From IMG/VR virus record IMGVR_UViG_3300045004_000084: a stretch of DNA of 64,000 nucleotides; one strand, given 5' to 3'. Source of the stretch: a virus (lineage: Duplodnaviria > Heunggongvirae > Uroviricota > Caudoviricetes). Positions within the stretch are counted from its first letter, which is position 1. Each line of letters starts with the position of its first letter. A program made the translations under genes and the position numbers. The notes under the pieces were generated by a model. The model did no database searches. It was given only the letters and a program-made list of their open reading frames with translations, and was not told the DNA's origin. This document shows, one piece after another, positions 46,353-54,435 of this stretch.

Positions 46353-47138
46353 TCACTCGTCGTCGATTTCCTCGTCGTCCTCGGTCTGGTCCAGGTCGAG
46401 CAACTTCGAGATGTCGATGCCTTCGACATCGACACCATCGCTCCGTCTCTTCTCCCACATCGCGTCGATGTCCTCTTGCTTGCGGGGGTCGTACCTGAAC
46501 GCGAGCAGTTTCTCCTCGGCATTGTTGAACCGAAGAGGGTCCTCCTTGAACTCGGTCTGGATCGCCGCGACCTTATCGCGGAGTTTCTCCAACAACATGT
46601 CCCGCTCGAAGAGCAGGTTGTCCGGAAAGTCGGCGGTGAGGCGCTGCAACTCCCGGAGAACCAGGCCGTGAACGAACTGCTCCCAAAAGAGCAGGAGGCA
46701 CATGGCATCTTCGCCGAGAGCGTGTTTGAACGCTCTCGCCTTCGTGCGGTCCCTGATGGCCTCCAGTCTCTCCCGCGTGCGGCAGCCGTCCTTGTCGTGG
46801 AACCACTTCGTAATGTCCTTCAGGAGGTCGAGCCGACCTCCAGGGTGAAGGAGGTCCAGTAAGCCTACCTCCTTGCCCAGCAGGTAGCGGACCTGGGCGA
46901 CGGCCTCCACCGCAGAGTACGCGCTCTCCTCGCACATGGGGATGTCTTTCGACAACGCCTTCGGCAGGATGTTGCTGAGGATATCGCCGAGGCCGCTCGA
47001 CCGAAGCTGGTTCCAGCTCGCCAGCCTCGCAGCGCACTGAATCGAAAACTTCTGGCCGACGTTGCGCCGGCAGTTCGGGCAAAGGGGTTCGCCCTTCATG
47101 CCGTGCCCGAGGAGCTGCCCGAGAACTGGGTCGATCAT
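46353..47138 (-). CDS. Protein of unknown function (261 aa) with an N-terminal CPNC motif and a strongly acidic C-terminal tail (DLDQTEDDEEIDDE)
   Basis: ORF with protein-like composition. Confidence 0.45.
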   Translation of the reverse strand: MIDPVLGQLLGHGMKGEPLCPNCRRNVGQKFSIQCAARLASWNQLRSSGLGDILSNILPKALSKDIPMCEESAYSAVEAVAQVRYLLGKEVGLLDLLHPGGRLDLLKDITKWFHDKDGCRTRERLEAIRDRTKARAFKHALGEDAMCLLLFWEQFVHGLVLRELQRLTADFPDNLLFERDMLLEKLRDKVAAIQTEFKEDPLRFNNAEEKLLAFRYDPRKQEDIDAMWEKRRSDGVDVEGIDISKLLDLDQTEDDEEIDDE

Positions 47139-47283
47139 TTCATTCTCCTGAGTAGGTGAAACCCGTGCAGAACTACCGCACAGGACAAAGGATTATGACA
47201 GGGTTGACTACCTTTCTACAGGAACGACGGCTAAAGAGAAAGGACACCCCGAGCCCCTCGCGGGGCTCGGGACGTGGCCGTCG

Positions 47284-47910
47284 TCACACCGGGTTCAGCC
47301 CAGACTTCGCCTTCGACACCGCCAGCAAGGCGTCGACCGCCTCGTGGGCCTCGGCGTACAGCCTGTCGACCTGCTCGAGCAACTGGTCGCTCGCCAGCGC
47401 CCCGCTGTTCGTCTCGAGCCACTGCCGCACGATTCCGAGCGTCCGGTACGCCGACTTGTGGCACCACGCGATGGCTCGCCGCCCGTCGGCAGCCGGGGTC
47501 TGCGCGTTGTGCCACACGTCAGCGAGCTTGACAAGTATCTCGATCCAGCTCGCGTGGGCGAGCTGGACATCATAGTAGTACACGGACATCTCCTCCCCCA
47601 TATCCCCAGCTCTGGGTCGAGTGAGAATCAGCACGCTCTTCGAGATCGGCTGGCCGAAGGTCCGCGAAATAAACGCCGGCGTGATCGGTGTGTCCTCGAC
47701 CACGTCGTGCAGCAGGCCGACGATCTTGACCGCCAAGCACATGCTGTCCGGGACGCAGGAGTCGACGGCCGCTCGGAACGCTCGCTGGGCCACCGCCCTC
47801 GGGTGCTCGATGTACGGCGTGCCGTCCCACCGCTTCTGTGGGACGTGAGCTACCTCGGCCAGCTTGTCGGCCAGATCGACCTGCTTGAGCATGAAAGCCA
47901 GATCGGACAT
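47284..47910 (-). CDS. HD-domain (p)ppGpp hydrolase of the RelA/SpoT (small alarmone hydrolase, Mesh1-like) family
   Basis: 'YIEHPRAVAQ...IVGLLHDVVEDT' matches the SpoT hydrolase HD signature (H...HD with the LLHDVVEDT box). Size 208 aa. Confidence 0.7.
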   Translation of the reverse strand: MSDLAFMLKQVDLADKLAEVAHVPQKRWDGTPYIEHPRAVAQRAFRAAVDSCVPDSMCLAVKIVGLLHDVVEDTPITPAFISRTFGQPISKSVLILTRPRAGDMGEEMSVYYYDVQLAHASWIEILVKLADVWHNAQTPAADGRRAIAWCHKSAYRTLGIVRQWLETNSGALASDQLLEQVDRLYAEAHEAVDALLAVSKAKSGLNPV

Positions 47911-48016
47911 GAGAAGTCTCCAGATTGGAAAAGGGCCGCCCGAAGTGGGCGACCCCGCAAACGGGCCGGTCTCAGGCGCAGAGCTCGGCCGTTTCCTTCG
48001 AGATGAACTTGACGGC

Positions 48017-48529
48017 TTACGGCAAGCTCAGGTCGATCTCCTCGATCTGCTCCGTCGCCGGCGGAATCGGAGCAGCGATCCGCCCAGGGAAGGCGGTCCA
48101 GGGAACGAAGGTCGAATCGGTCTTCGACGTCGGCCCCATGACGAGCCACGCCTCGGTCGCCGGCTTCTTCTCGAGTGGCTCGGTCGTGGCGAGATACGGG
48201 CCGACGTAGCCGTTCTTCACCAGGAAGATCTTGCTCCGGTCCATCTCGCTGCTGATACCGATCTGTTCGACAGCATCGCTGAGCAGGAACGCCAGGGTCG
48301 AGCGTAAGTAGCGGCATCCGTGGACTGTCGTTCCGGCCGGTAGGTCCGCCGCCGGAACCTCGACCCACTCGAGGACCGCCCACGCATTGGCCGACGGAGG
48401 GATCACACCCCACTGGGACCCGTCCGGTCGCTGCCGAAAAAACTTCGCGAAATGGGGCGGATTCACCTTCTCCAGATGATTGAAGGCGTCGCGGATCTGG
48501 CCGATCAGAACGTAGTTGGTTCTGGGCAT
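48017..48529 (-). CDS. Protein of unknown function (170 aa)
   Basis: ORF with protein-like composition. Confidence 0.4.
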   Translation of the reverse strand: MPRTNYVLIGQIRDAFNHLEKVNPPHFAKFFRQRPDGSQWGVIPPSANAWAVLEWVEVPAADLPAGTTVHGCRYLRSTLAFLLSDAVEQIGISSEMDRSKIFLVKNGYVGPYLATTEPLEKKPATEAWLVMGPTSKTDSTFVPWTAFPGRIAAPIPPATEQIEEIDLSLP

Positions 48530-48615
48530 AGCACCGGTCTCCGGTAAGGACGCCCTCGCGTGACGTACGCGGAGGGCACCGGATTATGACAGGCCGTTCC
48601 GGCCAGTGAAGTGTA

Positions 48616-48651
48616 CCAACAAAATAGGCCGGCGGGATATACCCGCCGGCC
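48616..48651 (-). terminator. Intrinsic terminator (minus strand) after the PhoH gene
   Basis: ggccggcggg-atata-cccgccggcc forms a 10-bp stem. The minus-strand tail is TATTTTGTTGG. Confidence 0.55.
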
Positions 48652-48720
48652 CGTGCGCCAGAGCGTCGCCCATTCACTCGTGGCCGCACATCGACAATGC
48701 TATACTCAGTACGCGGCCAA

Positions 48721-49425
48721 TCAACCGTTTTTTGCGTTTTTTTCCAGAATCCACTTTTCCTTGCCGTTCTTGATCGCCGCGAGCGCTTCGGCCATACGGG
48801 GATTGCGTAGGATCTGGGTCGGATCGAACTCGATGACGCCGCACGAAGACACCTCGCGAACGCTGTCCACGAAAGGCCCCAGGGCCTGGTAACGCCTGGG
48901 CAAATCGCTCTGGTCGACGGAGCCGCAGAAGATCATCCGGCCCCGCTCGCCGAGGCGGGTGAACGCCAGCTCGAGCAACTCCCACGGACAGTTCTGAGCC
49001 TCGTCGATCACCACCACGCAGTCGTCGAACGTGCGGCCCCGCATGTGGCTGAAGGCGACGATCTCGAAGAAATCGGCCATCACCTCGGCCGGCTTGGTCC
49101 AAGTCATCTTGGAGAGCACGTCCTCGACCGGCTTGAGCCACGGACCCATCTTGTCCTCGAGCGAACCGGGCATGAACCCGAGCGGCGGCCCGGCTTCTAC
49201 CGCCGGCCGGGTGAGCACGACCCGGCGCGGCCTGAACGGCAACTTGATGTCCCCCATGATGGCGCTCATAGCCATCTTGATCGCCTGGTGCGTCTTGCCG
49301 GTGCCCGCCGGCCCGATCAGAAACAGCCAGTCCTTGTCAGGAAAAAGCTCCTCGGATCTCTTCTGTCCGTCGTTGCGGGGGTGGGGTATCAGATCGCGGT
49401 TCCAGTGTTGCGTGTGTTGCCCCAT
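48721..49425 (-). CDS. phoH: PhoH-like ATPase
   Basis: Walker A 'LIGPAGTGKTHQAIKMA' and the PhoH-family core. Start trimmed to MGQHTQHW..., which has a GGAGGG RBS 6 nt upstream. Confidence 0.8.
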   Translation of the reverse strand: MGQHTQHWNRDLIPHPRNDGQKRSEELFPDKDWLFLIGPAGTGKTHQAIKMAMSAIMGDIKLPFRPRRVVLTRPAVEAGPPLGFMPGSLEDKMGPWLKPVEDVLSKMTWTKPAEVMADFFEIVAFSHMRGRTFDDCVVVIDEAQNCPWELLELAFTRLGERGRMIFCGSVDQSDLPRRYQALGPFVDSVREVSSCGVIEFDPTQILRNPRMAEALAAIKNGKEKWILEKNAKNG

Positions 49426-49474
49426 ATCGGTTCCCTCCGTGGGGGTCGTCCGTTTCACTCTCCCCTCTGATTCT

Positions 49475-51076
49475 CTACCCCGACAGGTAGAGCAGGTCGT
49501 GCAGGCGGGCCTCGGCCGTCTTGGCCCGCAGCGATGCCAGATCACGAGCCAGTTCCGACTCGTCGGCGAACTGGACCTCGTCGCGGAGCAGGTCGGGAGA
49601 CTGGCTGGTGAACATCTCCTTCACCGCCACGAGCTGCTCCGGCGTCAGGTTCAGGAACCACTTCCGCTCGTCTGGTTCCCACTTACCGGACAGGTTCTTG
49701 CCCTTCATGAACCGGCCGTGCAACGTGCCGTCGCCGACGAACACGTCGGCCCCCTCGTTGTCGTCGGGGTTGATGATCCCGTCGAAGTACCCGTAGTCGA
49801 CCGGGTAGCTCTTCGTGACAGGACCCGCAGGCGTGGGGAACACTTTCTGGAACCCCTTCGGGCGGTCGATCTTGATGGCCGGCAAGCCGGCGATCTTGAC
49901 CATCTTGCCGTCCGCGTTCGGTCGCTTGAACGACGACAGCAGGTCGGCCAGCTCGGTCTCCGCCACCTCCCGGTGGGAGTTGACCACTGGGCCGAACGCC
50001 TTCAGGACGGCCGACATCTCCTCCGGCGTCATCCCGTAGAGCAGCTTGGTCTCCGCGCCGCCTCTGGCGTCGGGCCTGTTGACCCGCATGACGCCGTGCG
50101 TACCGCCCGACCCCTTGAACACGTCCAGATCGTCATCGTCCTCGCCGACGTAACCCGGCAGGTACCCGTAGTCGGTCGGATACGTCACGCCCTCGATGGG
50201 ATAGTCTTTCAGCGCCGCGTCGGACGGGTCACGGAACTGACGGTACGACCCCCGTGGCTGATCGACCGTGAACCCGGACATCATCTCGGCCAACTTGGTG
50301 ATCACAGACATGCGATCCTCCGGTGAGTTTTGCCCGACGTGGGATACGCCGGGCCACCGGATTGTGACAGCATCATGGAGTCGATAAAGAGCGGCCTTCT
50401 TGATATGCTTCTTGCGGATACGGGCCAGACGCCCGAGGCGGCCGACCATGCCGTCGCCTCCGCCCATCTGACCCTTGAGGTAGTAGTACGCCCCGGGAAC
50501 ACCCTCCGTGAGGACGTGAGACATCCCGCTCGTAACCGCCTTAGCGGCCTGCAAAGGCCCCTCCGCCTTCTGCAGGGCCATAGTCATCGACGGATGCGCG
50601 TCGAGATGCAGCGTCCAGTAGTCGGGGTGGCTGTGCAGGTGGTGGTTGTCGTCCACGCGGCGAAACGACTTGAACCTGTCCTGGCCGGTTTCGGGAATGC
50701 CGGCCAGGACGCTCTGGAACCCGAGTCTGCGGAGTTCGTCCTCGCTGATGTTTGTTTTGGGAATGGCGATGCGCTTGTGCCCGGTGCCGACGAAGTCGCC
50801 ACGGCTGTCCAGCTTCTTGGTGTAGCTGACCCACTTCTTGAGCAGGTCGAGAGGCGGCGGGGGAGTGGGATCGGTGACCAAACGGACCAGGGCGTTCTCG
50901 TCACCCAACACGCCGGCTTCCTCGACGGACTGCTCGTCGAAAGCCCGCTTCGATTGTGTTGGCGCCAAGACCCGACCGGCCTTCTCTAGAACATCCAGAA
51001 ACGACACGGCCGGCCGGAACGCCACGGCCCCGGTGCCGAGCGCCTCCAGACCGGCCACGACAAGATCCCATCCCAT
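49475..51076 (-). CDS. 533-aa protein with two tandem family-I inorganic-pyrophosphatase-like modules and an about 270-aa N-terminal extension
   Basis: 'YPTDYGYLPGYVGEDDDDLDVFKGSG' and 'YPVDYGYFDGIINPDDNEGADVFVGDG' both resemble the PPase active-site block 'YP.NYG.I..T...DGDP.DVLV'. Confidence 0.5.
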   Translation of the reverse strand: MGWDLVVAGLEALGTGAVAFRPAVSFLDVLEKAGRVLAPTQSKRAFDEQSVEEAGVLGDENALVRLVTDPTPPPPLDLLKKWVSYTKKLDSRGDFVGTGHKRIAIPKTNISEDELRRLGFQSVLAGIPETGQDRFKSFRRVDDNHHLHSHPDYWTLHLDAHPSMTMALQKAEGPLQAAKAVTSGMSHVLTEGVPGAYYYLKGQMGGGDGMVGRLGRLARIRKKHIKKAALYRLHDAVTIRWPGVSHVGQNSPEDRMSVITKLAEMMSGFTVDQPRGSYRQFRDPSDAALKDYPIEGVTYPTDYGYLPGYVGEDDDDLDVFKGSGGTHGVMRVNRPDARGGAETKLLYGMTPEEMSAVLKAFGPVVNSHREVAETELADLLSSFKRPNADGKMVKIAGLPAIKIDRPKGFQKVFPTPAGPVTKSYPVDYGYFDGIINPDDNEGADVFVGDGTLHGRFMKGKNLSGKWEPDERKWFLNLTPEQLVAVKEMFTSQSPDLLRDEVQFADESELARDLASLRAKTAEARLHDLLYLSG

Positions 51077-51092
51077 AAACCGTCCTCCGTCA

Positions 51093-51494
51093 TCACCGAC
51101 GCCAGAACCGATTAGCCGGTTGTTCTGGCGGCGGAGTCTGCGGAAGGCCGAGCTTGGCCTCCTGCTCGTTGCCGAATCGCTGCAGACTCTTCACGCGCCA
51201 CCGGTCGCCCAGAAGGCCGAGCCCGATACCGGTCCCCGACAGTCCAGCGCCGCCGGCGGAGCCGAGTAGGATGTTCTTCAAGTTGCTGTTGCCGGCTGGC
51301 TCGGGAGCAACAGGGGCAGGCCGTATCGGCCGTACCGAAGGTCGCGAAGCAGGTCTCGGCGCCGGAACCGGCGTCGGAGGCGGCGGCACCGGCGTCGGAG
51401 GCGGCGGTTTGGGCGGCATTACAGTCCCGAAACCAGGAGGCGGACCACCTGGTTTTGCGGGAAGCGGAAGGCTGCCGTATGGGGTTCTAATCAC
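51093..51494 (-). CDS. Pro-rich ORF (133 aa). It is probably the 3' half of a gene split by the 65-bp duplication
   Basis: GTG start inside duplication copy 1. The protein begins (M)IRTPYGS, the same peptide that ends the upstream ORF. Confidence 0.4.
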   Translation of the reverse strand: MIRTPYGSLPLPAKPGGPPPGFGTVMPPKPPPPTPVPPPPTPVPAPRPASRPSVRPIRPAPVAPEPAGNSNLKNILLGSAGGAGLSGTGIGLGLLGDRWRVKSLQRFGNEQEAKLGLPQTPPPEQPANRFWRR

Positions 51495-51601
51495 TGGCGG
51501 TTTGGGCGCAGGAGCCGGAACGGGGACCGGCTTTGGCTGCCGTATGGGGTTCTAATCACTGGCGGTTTGGGCGCAGGAGCCGGAACGGGGACCGGCTTTG
51601 G
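51472..51601. repeat. Perfect 65-bp direct tandem duplication (2 x 65 bp)
   Basis: 51472-51536 equals 51537-51601 (ctgccgtatggggttctaatcactggcggtttgggcgcaggagccggaacggggaccggctttgg). 65 is not a multiple of 3, so it causes a frameshift. Confidence 0.9.
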
Positions 51602-51847
51602 AGCCGGCTTGGGAGCGGCGGCCGGAACCGGGGCCGGCTTTGGAGCGGCAGGTACGGGCCTTGGAACAACAGGTGCCGGTTTTACGGCCGCCCCCGCCCT
51701 CGCCTTCGACCACGCCTTCATGGCGTCCATCACGTCCTTCGGACTGGCCGCCAGCTTGATCAGCTCGAACAAACGAGATTCCACTTCGGCCCGCTGGGGA
51801 CGAAACACCAGAGACGCCATCTTCATCATCGCGTTCGTCTTGCTCAT
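51491..51847 (-). CDS. Pro-rich ORF (118 aa; N-terminus MSKTNAMMKM). It is probably the 5' half of a gene split by the 65-bp duplication
   Basis: Ends ...KPPVIRTPYGS then 14 out-of-frame residues and a stop inside duplication copy 1. Confidence 0.4.
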   Translation of the reverse strand: MSKTNAMMKMASLVFRPQRAEVESRLFELIKLAASPKDVMDAMKAWSKARAGAAVKPAPVVPRPVPAAPKPAPVPAAAPKPAPKPVPVPAPAPKPPVIRTPYGSQSRSPFRLLRPNRQ

Positions 51848-52857
51848 TTTTTGTCCCCGCCATTGTCCTCCTTCTTGTTCTCCTTCGACCCGTCCTTCGG
51901 ATCGGGCTTGTTAACGCCCACCCCGGCCCGATTGGCGATCTGACGGGCGTCGTGGCGACGCTTCGCCCCGCCCAGAGCCGTCGCGGTCGCATTCGTCACG
52001 TCGTCGACGTACAGTCCGGGCTCAAGCCCGTCAGCCAGGTCGACACCGAGACCGCCCTCGTCGGCTCTGATAGCAAGGCCGAGCGGAGTATTCGACAGGA
52101 CCGCCATCGTCGGGCTCGTGGCCTTGCTGGCGGCGTTACGCTGAAGGATCCGCAGGTCCAGGGCCGACAGCGGTCCACCGACGAGGGGATTGAGCAGCCA
52201 CTGGACCTTGTGACGCTGCTCGTTGTACCGGTTGCCGGCCAGCAGCTTGTCTATCGCCAGCACCCGAGCGGACTGGTCGACGGCGTACGGCCCGTCGGCC
52301 TTGAAGATGCCGGCCTTCTTCTCCTTCTTGCCGCCCTTCTCGTCGTCCTGCTTGGCAAGCTGTTCGTACAGAGCGGCCTCGGCCTTGTCCGACTCGGGCT
52401 CGAACTCGTAGGGGGCAATGCGATCCTGGTACAGGCCCCGGGCCTTGTCCTGCCGCTTCGATCCGCCGGCAATCGCCGCCGCAGGAGCGCCGACCAGTGA
52501 CAACGGATTGAGAGGGAACGCGCCGCTGAGGATCCGGAAAGTCGGACTGGTAGCCCTACTGGCGTTCACCCGGCGGTCGAACCGGTAACCGACCTCCGAC
52601 AGCGGCCCGCTAACGAACGGGTTGAGCCAGTAGTGGAACGGATGCTTCTTGCGATTGCGGGCCAGAGCCTGGATGATTTGGTCGTCGGCTGCCACGTCGG
52701 CTGCCGAGTCGGCGGTGTACGCCCCCAGGGAAGCCGCCATCTTCATCACGGCCTTGTCCGAACACGGCTTTTTCTGCCGGGCTTTCTGCCCGTCCGTCCG
52801 GACCTCTTTCGCCGAGATCAGGAACGACAGCTTCATCATCGCATTCGTCTTGCTCAT
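51844..52857 (-). CDS. Protein (337 aa) with N-terminus MSKTNAMMKL (shared with the next gene) and two internal about 55-aa repeats (…WLNPFVSGPLSE… / …WLLNPLVGGPLSA…). Unknown
   Basis: ORF with protein-like composition. ATGA overlap with the downstream gene. Confidence 0.45.
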   Translation of the reverse strand: MSKTNAMMKLSFLISAKEVRTDGQKARQKKPCSDKAVMKMAASLGAYTADSAADVAADDQIIQALARNRKKHPFHYWLNPFVSGPLSEVGYRFDRRVNASRATSPTFRILSGAFPLNPLSLVGAPAAAIAGGSKRQDKARGLYQDRIAPYEFEPESDKAEAALYEQLAKQDDEKGGKKEKKAGIFKADGPYAVDQSARVLAIDKLLAGNRYNEQRHKVQWLLNPLVGGPLSALDLRILQRNAASKATSPTMAVLSNTPLGLAIRADEGGLGVDLADGLEPGLYVDDVTNATATALGGAKRRHDARQIANRAGVGVNKPDPKDGSKENKKEDNGGDKK

Positions 52858-53016
52858 ACGATCTCCTGCTTCTTCTTATTCTTCTGGTTCCGCCACGGGG
52901 CAGGGCCGAGCACCTTGTCGGCAATGGGATCCTTCGTTCGCATCAGCAACTGCGACAACCCGTACGCGCCGGTTGCCGTTCCCACTGCAGGCATGATCGA
53001 CGACTCGGTGTCCGGA

Positions 53017-53097
53017 CCTTGTACCCGGCGACGATCGCCTCGTGGTGCTCGAGGTCGATGCGGCGCTCCAGTACTCTGGTATTGCAGGATCAGGTCC
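53017..53097. repeat. 81-bp copy (order B-A) of a segment of the 53902-54405 gene. It is the circularly permuted partner of 54159-54237 (order A-B)
   Basis: A = tctggtattgcaggatcaggtcc. B = (cc)ttgtacccggcgacgatcgcctcgtggtgctcgaggtcgatgcggcgctccagtac. The copies are identical base for base. Confidence 0.85.
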
Positions 53098-53368
53098 AGT
53101 AGCAGTTCCCCGGCTCGTACCCAAGCTCGTTTCTGCGCCTCTCCAGGGCGTGCCCCGGCGGCCTCAGCCCCATGTCCTCCAAGAAGGCCGTGAAACTGTT
53201 CCGCCACCTCGGACAGACGCGTATCCCGCGACCGCCGTAGTCCTTGTACTGCTTGTGCTTCTTTCTCTCGCAGCGCTCCACCATCGCCCGCCAGGAGTTG
53301 TACTCCGGCGTCCCGACCTTGCGGTGCTGCTCCCGACTTTTCTTCGGTCTTGGTCGTTGAGTTTTCAT
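53090..53368 (-). CDS. Small HNH-family homing-endonuclease-like protein (92 aa) of the phage 'GGRGI-VC-RW ... YEPGNC-W' family
   Basis: 'EYNSWRAMVERC...YKDYGGRGIRVCPRWRNSFTAFLEDMGLRPPGHALERRRNELGYEPGNCYWT' is the conserved block of small phage proteins usually annotated as HNH endonuclease. Real-protein composition, unlike the overlapping frame. Confidence 0.6.
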   Translation of the reverse strand: MKTQRPRPKKSREQHRKVGTPEYNSWRAMVERCERKKHKQYKDYGGRGIRVCPRWRNSFTAFLEDMGLRPPGHALERRRNELGYEPGNCYWT

Positions 53369-53888
53369 ACAGCACTCCTTTCTTTCGTACCGCGATGGTA
53401 GCGTGAAAAGGGTGCTTGGGGAAGGGCGTCAGGCCGTAGCTCTTCCGGAGCATAGCCAGATCGGGGCTGGCGATCTCGATGAACCACACCTTCGACATCT
53501 CCGGCCAGCCGGCCGGCTCGACCTCCTTGATAGGCCCCAGCGTGTAACGGAAGTGGTGACCCCACTCGTGGACCTTGTCGGCCCCGCCGATCTGGTCGAG
53601 CTCTTCGGGTCGGAACACAGAAACATGGCCGTTGAGACGGCCGTCTCTGAGAGGAAGCTGCGCCCCGTGCTCGTCGAGGGCGTCGAACGCGCCGCGAATC
53701 AGCGCGTTGGGGACCTTGAGAAGGCCCCAACCAGAACTGGATAGCTGAAGCTCGCCGCTGAGTGCGTGTACTTTGACGGCGTCGCCGCCGGCCTTGTACA
53801 TGAGGCCCACGGCCTCGCCCGTCTCGTAGCGGCTACGGGCGATCTCGGCGACGGTCTTGTAGAACGGGCGGGTCAGACTGGGGAACAT
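53367..53888 (-). CDS. 2H phosphoesterase (LigT / cyclic-nucleotide phosphodiesterase-like) domain. The annotated ORF continues without a stop to 52854, but that extension looks spurious
   Basis: Two H-x-T/S-x motifs ('NGHVSVF' at about residue 88 and 'FHATIAV' at about residue 162) at the spacing typical of LigT. The domain ends exactly where the HNH-like ORF begins. Confidence 0.5.
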
Positions 53889-53901
53889 CCGTGTCCTCCG
53901 G

Positions 53902-54405
53902 TCACGCGGCAGTGGTCGACTCCGGTGGGCTCGCTTGCCCGACGCTGCCCTTGAGCTCGGCCAGCTCCGCCTTCAGCTCGTGCAGCTCGGCCTGCTGGGC
54001 GTCGTACCGCCCCTGCATGGCGTCGTACCGCTCCTGCATGGCCCTGCCATCTGCTTCGCACTTCTCGTGGTTCTTCGCCAGAATGTCGAACTTGATCGAC
54101 AGGGCGTCGAACTTATCCCGCAGGTCGATGACCTCTTTGCGAGCCAGATCGCGGGCACTCTGGTATTGCAGGATCAGGTCCTTGTACCCGGCGACGATCG
54201 CCTCGTGGTGCTCGAGGTCGATGCGGCGCTCCAGTACCTCGATCCTCTTCTCTTCGACCTCGACCCTGTCGGCTTCAACGTCCACCTTCTTCTCGCGGAC
54301 CACGTTGCGACTGCGACCGATCAGATAGGCGGAGACGGCCGTCGCCAGGGCGCCGAAGCCGCCGATGAGGAGGCCACCGATCGAAAGCAGAGTCGAGGTG
54401 TCCAT
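53902..54405 (-). CDS. Membrane-anchored coiled-coil protein (167 aa): N-terminal TM helix then a long heptad-repeat region. Spanin-like or SPFH-partner-like architecture
   Basis: 'LLSIGGLLIGGFGALATAVSAYLIG' is a TM segment. The rest is E/R/K/L-rich coiled coil. A GGAGG RBS lies 8 nt upstream. It contains the A-B copy of the permuted repeat (54159-54237). Confidence 0.5.
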   Translation of the reverse strand: MDTSTLLSIGGLLIGGFGALATAVSAYLIGRSRNVVREKKVDVEADRVEVEEKRIEVLERRIDLEHHEAIVAGYKDLILQYQSARDLARKEVIDLRDKFDALSIKFDILAKNHEKCEADGRAMQERYDAMQGRYDAQQAELHELKAELAELKGSVGQASPPESTTAA

Positions 54406-54435
54406 GGCAGCCTCCGTGCCGCTGAGACAGGTTAA

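Noticed and set aside
52854-53888. Full-length 344-aa ORF taken at face value as one gene
   Set aside because: Only the first about 175 residues look like a real (2H phosphoesterase) domain. The remainder is Ala/Gly/Arg-rich and overlaps a well-formed HNH-family ORF in another frame. It is treated as a domain plus a spurious or frameshifted extension.
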